Below are positions 54,724-64,000 of a stretch of 64,000 nt of DNA, piece by piece. The stretch spans positions 1 to 64,000 of the forward strand of contig JBHGNT010000073.1 in the NCBI GenBank assembly GCA_043228905.1, in the 5' to 3' direction. The stretch comes from Azolla caroliniana. Taxonomy: Eukaryota > Plantae > Polypodiophyta. Below the pieces are notes generated by a model. It saw nothing but the letters and a program-made list of their open reading frames with translations. It made no database searches and had not been told where the DNA came from. Position 1 is the first letter of the stretch, and every line of letters starts with the position of its first letter. Both the position numbers and the translations under genes were made by a program.

Positions 54724-55311
54724 TAGGGATAGAGGGGCTCGAACCCTCACGGTTAAAAAACCAACGGATTTTCTTTCTACCACGATTTGCATTGTTACGC
54801 TCGCCGAACGTGTAGAATGGGACTCTATCTTTATTCACGAAAAAGCTATCAATTGCTAATACTTGTGGAAGCTTTTTTTTTTAGTGCACCAGAAAGCAAG
54901 TCGAGCGAAGTAGAAAAATCGGAAGTAACAAGAATAAGGATAGATCCTTCAGATAGCAACTATATATATTGCAGCAAGGATCACGCCTGATATTCGTCCA
55001 ACCCAACTACCCAGCCCTCTCGTCCGTTCCTGTACCTTATCTAATCCGATGGATGGTCGTAGTAGTCGTACAGTCAGTAACTCTCCGACTGTAAAGATTG
55101 AAAGAGTGTTCGTTCGAATAGCTCCCGTCGAGTCTCTGTACCTATCTCGCTTCGATGTCCAAAAGTCATTTAGCTGAAGTTAGATTTGGCTCAGGATTAC
55201 CCGCGAAAAAATCCTGGGTTCCCCTGAATCTGGGAGCTGTCACTCGGTCCGTTTCCACACCCAGGCTCGATCCGATTGAGTCCGTAGCGTCTACCATTCC
55301 GCCATATCCCC
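54724..55311 (-). tRNA. trnL: tRNA-Leu with group I intron (exons 55311-55278, 54772-54724); genomic anticodon CAA at the trnL-UAA locus
   Basis: GGGGATATGGCGGAATGGTAGACGCTACGGACTC | intron with core elements ATCCTGAGC, CAGAGACTCGAC, GATAGAGTCC | AAAATCCGTTGG. Confidence 0.94.
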
Positions 55312-55847
55312 TACTCTTGGGCCCCAAAAGACTGAAACACAAAATAGACGAAAATTTTACCCTGTTCGGAGATAGATTCTCCATATCCGAACGATCTAAG
55401 CGAGGAATATACAGAATTTTTGTTTCTTTCGTAATCCCTTATCTAAATACCTAAATTTAGCTTTTTTTACTTTCCCGCCATACATTTACCTAGCACAATA
55501 ATTATACAGCAATGTACCGAATTAGGCAATACTATATTATATCAATCCATTCAATTTTTGTTTTTGTTAAACTTTATATGAATAGTATACTACAGGATTT
55601 TCAGCCAAGCCACTGATCCGATATTTCTCTTTCGCCCATCTCCGAGAATCCTATATCTATTCCATCCACAAAACGAGAAAACAAAAAATTGGTGGTTGAT
55701 GGCTCTGATTAATATGTTATGGTTGTCACACGAATCCTTAATGAAATTGGATGGGTACTGTGCCAGAATGGATTTTTTCATTTCCGTGCCAAATCCCGAA
55801 TGAGGTTTTATTCTGAATAATGAAACGTTCACAGAAAAGGAGTTTTT

Positions 55848-56480
55848 ACGTCTCGTTACCGAGGACCTCGTTTGAAAGTGATACGCCGTCTAAAGAGTTT
55901 GCCGGGACTTGCAGGTGAGGCTTCCAATGCGGGAGAAACTCGGGTTGCTGCTGATCAATCCACATCCACCCCAAAGAAGATTTCTCAGTTTTGCGTGCGC
56001 TTGGAAGCTAAACAAAGATTACGTTATAACTATGGATTGACAGAACGTCAATTGCTCCGATACGTCCGCATCGCTAGAAAGACTAAGGGTTCAACGGGAC
56101 AAGTACCATTGCAATTACTCGAAATGCGTTTAGATAATATTATTTTTCACTTGGGTATGGCTCCGACCATTCCTGCAGCTAGACAACCGGTCAATCACAG
56201 ACACATCTTAGTCAACGATCATATTGTGGATGTACCTAGTTACCGTTGCAAACCGAAAGATATTCTTACTGTTCGGAATCGACCAACTTCTTTGAATGGA
56301 TTAAAAAGGACCGGTATTATTGAGTCTTCTCGAGGGAACCAAATACCAGATCACCTAACTCTCTCTTTTTCGGAGGACAACAGACCGAAGGGGTTAGTTA
56401 ATAAAACCGCCACTCGAGAATCTATCGACTTGAATATAAACGAATTGTCAGTCGTCGAATACTATTCTCGGAAAGCTTAA
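55848..56480 (+). CDS. rps4: 30S ribosomal protein S4
   Basis: ACG start; [14 protein letters not shown]; [10 protein letters not shown]; VVEYYSR. Confidence 0.97.
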   Translation, partial: TSRYRGPRLKVIRRLKSLPGLAGEASNAGETRVAADQSTSTPKKISQFCVRLEAKQRLRYNYGLTERQLLRYVRIARKTKGSTGQVPLQLLEMRLDNIIFHLGMAPTIPAARQPVNHRHILVNDHIVDVPSYRCKPKDILTVRNRPTSLNGLKRTGIIESSRGNQIPDHLTLSFSEDNRPKGLVNKTATRESIDLNINELSVVEYYSRKA

Positions 56481-56903
56481 ACCTAAGCGAGTTACTTATA
56501 CAATGGAGTAAGTTTTTCAGTAAATCAGATTGTTTGAGAATCCTTATAATTCTCAAGCGATCTGTTTGAGATAGAAACCAACAAAGGGCTCACTAAAAAG
56601 ATTAGTAAGATAGATAAAAAATCCGACTTATCTATCGCGGCAAAAAACCGTTTAAAATATCGTACTTCATACTTTAAAAGCGGAGTTTTGAACAGATCTA
56701 ACCGACACGTCATGAAATATTCCGGGCTACTTAAAGATTTCTAGTCCAGTAATGAGCAATTCTATTACAAAGGACCATCCGTATTCCCAACTTATCAGCC
56801 CTCTCCTTCCCGTCACTGGGAAAGTTTCGGTTATGATTAATAGTAAGTAATTTATAGGGGGAATGCCGCAACGAAGGGGATGTGGAAACAGAAGGGTTTC
56901 AGA

Positions 56904-56990
56904 AGGAAGGAGAGGGATTTGAACCCTCGGTAAACAGCAGTCTACTTAGCATTTCCGGTGCTACACCTTAAACCCCTCGGTCACCCTTCC
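56904..56990 (-). tRNA. trnS-GGA: tRNA-Ser(GGA)
   Basis: Reverse strand GGAAGGGTGACCGAG...TAGCA-CCGGAAA-TGCTA, long variable arm, GTTCAAATCCCTC. Confidence 0.92.
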
Positions 56991-57582
56991 TTTAGGTTTG
57001 ATTTTTCAGATACTATGACACATTCTAGAGATTTAGGTAGCAAAGTTGCAAGCAAGCAAGCTGGTGATCCATACATAATAGTGAGATAGTACTATTTATT
57101 TTACACACAGATCTAGTACTCACCTACTTCAGATTATTTTTAGAGATATCATTGATATCTGAGATTGACATAATATAAAACAAGAATATTTTACATATGA
57201 ATCTTTATCTTGGTCACTATTAATCGGATTTCTATACAAGAGAAATCCTTTTTACTTTTGAATGGGTAGGCTTTTCTATCACAATCCGAGAGGGGTCGAA
57301 TTCGAAGAGAAAAAAAAACCTGTTTTTTTGGGGGTTGCGATAAACAAGTTTCGACACTCTGTTTCTCCACCCATCAGAAGCCTTTTTCTGTTACATGCAG
57401 AGAGGTCGAATCCATTATTCCATTGCTTTTTAATGTCTGGTTGCAAATTCAAATACATAAATGATGTGCGGCGTACTTATTGCTTTCTCGTACCGCCAAA
57501 AGCCAAAAGCATTATTTTATTAGTAATCCCGATTAATACAACAATAAGTGGAATGTGAGAGAAAAAGAATTTGGAATTGATT

Positions 57583-59479
57583 ATGCCCAGATCTCAGAGA
57601 AATGACAATTCTATTGATAAGACTTCCACAATTCTAGCAGATATTTTGTTACAAGTTTTGCCGACCACTGAAAGAGAGAGGAAAGCTTCTACATATCATA
57701 GGGATGGTGCGATTCGGTAGGGTAAATCCGTTCTTATCGACATCTAGTAAACGGTAATCCAAAAAGACCCACGTTTTGTGAAGGTGTGTTTCGATTCGGG
57801 AACAAGTCCTTCGGTCGTGTATCCACGATTCGCGCAACCTCGAATGCTACAGCCATATGACTAATAGGTTTTAGTAATAAGTGGAAGACTGAGCCTACGA
57901 AATAAAAAACTATGCATGATTTCGCGGGTGAGCGTGGGGGGAAGACACTACGCATAGAAATCGACATCACAAATACTTCGTTAATCTGTTTTTGGTTTCG
58001 CCACGTATTAAACCTCTTTGACGACTCTAGAATCGTGGTTGACAGTGATTGGGACGACAGACACCCATCCCGTTTGTGTTTTGGATACCCCCAGAATCAT
58101 CGGAAATTGTCGAGGCGAATAATCCCCGTAATTTTTAAAAATTCAAAAACAAGGCGTTGGGAACGAAGAAATTGTAAAGGATTTTCGGAAGTAAAATAAT
58201 CTATTTATTTAGTTGTTTGCCTGGAAATTTTTTGCAAGAAGGATGGTTAGGTACTAATTTTACAACACACTAGCCCCCGCTCAATTACAGGTTAGGGGTA
58301 GAAATAATCAATTTATTTCGAACGTTACTACCCCCCGTGCTTCGGGCGGGAGTAGCCGTATGAGATGGAAATCTCACGTACGGTTTTGGAACGGGGCTTA
58401 TTCGCATTAGCAACCGTAACGGATGTCGGCCCAATCCGAAGGAGAGTATGCAGAAGCTTTATAAAACTATTACAAAGCTATGCGCTTAGAAATTGATTCT
58501 TACGATCGGAGTTACATACTTCATAATATAGGTCCTATTCATACTAGTAACGGGAAACATGCAAAAGCATTGGAATATTACTTCCAAGCATTGGAGCGGA
58601 ATTCTTTTCTGCCACAAGCTCTTAATAATATGGCTGTGATCTGTCACTACGTGCGATTATCTATACCTTGGGATCCTTTGGCTCGTAGCTATTCAACCAA
58701 CGAAAAAGGCATCCCATAAACATACTTCTGATCTGAACGAGAGTTGTTGCAAGCTGTGGGGATAAGCTCTACCCCCTCCAGATTAACCCAAGTTTGAAAG
58801 AAGGGTAGCCTAAAGATCCCATGGGTAATCGATTAAATGGAAGGATATAGCACCGTAAAGATTCATCATTGAAGATATGGGTTGATACAATGAGTTTGGT
58901 CTAACCAAGAAGTTACACAATCTGTCTCTGTAGCAGGGTCGATTGGAAAAATAGGGGTAACGGACCACGGTGTAGTATAAAATCCCAAAGGAACAATCTA
59001 TCTGAATGGATCCATATTCAGAAGGAATAGGATAATTAGCCTTAGAAGAGGGATTTCTATATCTATATATATAGAAATCCTTCTCTTGACTGGGAGTACG
59101 GAAAGAACTATATCCGGAAAGAGGTAGAGTTGGAAACCCCCATCGATGACTACTTCCGACTCTTCGACGAATCGGAAATTGGTTTACTCTATTTCAGGGG
59201 GATAGTTTGCTAGTTAGCCAACCGGAAACGTAGTTGTTCGAGCCGTATGAGGTAGGAAACTCTCAAGTTCGGTTCTGAGGGAGGAGGTCTACAAAAAGAT
59301 CCATCCATCCTGACCGAGGGGAACAGGCCATTCAGGAGGGAGACTCAGAAAATTCAGAAGCTCGGTTCGATCAAGCCGCCGATTATCGGAGACAAGCAGT
59401 AGCACTTTCCCCTGGTAATTACATTGAAGCGCAGAATCGGTTGAAGATTACGGGACGTTCTTCTCCCCTGAGTGAGTGA
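57583..59479 (+). CDS. ycf3: PSI assembly TPR protein Ycf3 (exons 57583-57706, 58421-58650, 59315-59479; two group II introns)
   Basis: MPRSQRNDN; [14 protein letters not shown] (TAA at 58462-58464); NNMAVICHY|GTGCG; [10 protein letters not shown]. Confidence 0.96.
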
Positions 59480-59743
59480 GGGAAGCACAACCACTTACAT
59501 GGAGAGATAGACTAAAAAGAATGGCAGAAAAAAAAGCTAACCCGAACCGATCCGGTTGCATGGACCCAACCCCCTGCGGGATTAAAAGAGTGATGATTTG
59601 TGTAAAGTCCACAAGGCCCGAATAGGTTGTGTAATAATAGAATCAAATGCCTGACCCGGATGAGTCTTCCATCGATCGTAGTTGTTCCAGTTCCAAATTC
59701 AAAGATAAAGAGAAAACTTTGCCGGTTGCTAATTTAGTAATAA

Positions 59744-62074
<2,331 letters not shown>

Positions 62075-62081
62075 TGGCTAG

Positions 62082-64000
<1,919 letters not shown>

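Noticed and set aside
51127-59080. Intergenic and intronic palindromes (51127-51161, 54078-54113, 54490-54533, 59051-59080)
   Set aside because: Ordinary AT-rich plastid stem-loops with no shared sequence, so not a repeat family or CRISPR array.

Overview
This window is a 64-kb segment of a core-leptosporangiate fern chloroplast genome; a water-fern (Salviniales) origin is only a tentative guess. Positions 1 to about 17.5-18.5 kb hold inverted-repeat-type gene content in the rearranged fern order: ycf2 (5' part), trnH, psbA, rps7, 3'-rps12, rrn16, trnI, trnA, rrn23, rrn4.5, rrn5, trnR-ACG. The large single-copy genes follow: trnI-CAU, the rpl23-rpoA operon, petD/petB/psbH/N/T/B, clpP, 5'-rps12, rpl20, rps18, rpl33, psaJ, trnP, trnW, petG/L, psbEFLJ, petA, cemA, ycf4, psaI, accD, rbcL, atpB/E, trnM, trnV, ndhCKJ, trnF, trnL, rps4, trnS, ycf3, psaA and the 5' part of psaB. 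The genes look heavily dependent on two-way RNA editing: 14-15 ACG starts, 11 genes with exactly one in-frame stop repairable by U-to-C editing, and three stops that must be created by C-to-U editing. The most notable anomalies are: (1) two collinear, decayed copies of one unknown element in the psbA-rps7 and rps12-rrn16 spacers (candidate MORFFO-type mobile DNA); (2) a ~0.8-kb multi-ORF insert between trnR-ACG and trnI-CAU; (3) a trnI-CAU whose first two acceptor-stem pairs are mismatched; (4) a well-folding tRNA-like gene at the trnR-CCG locus with a CUG anticodon; (5) an intron-containing trnL with a genomic CAA anticodon. All editing events are inferred from DNA, not observed.
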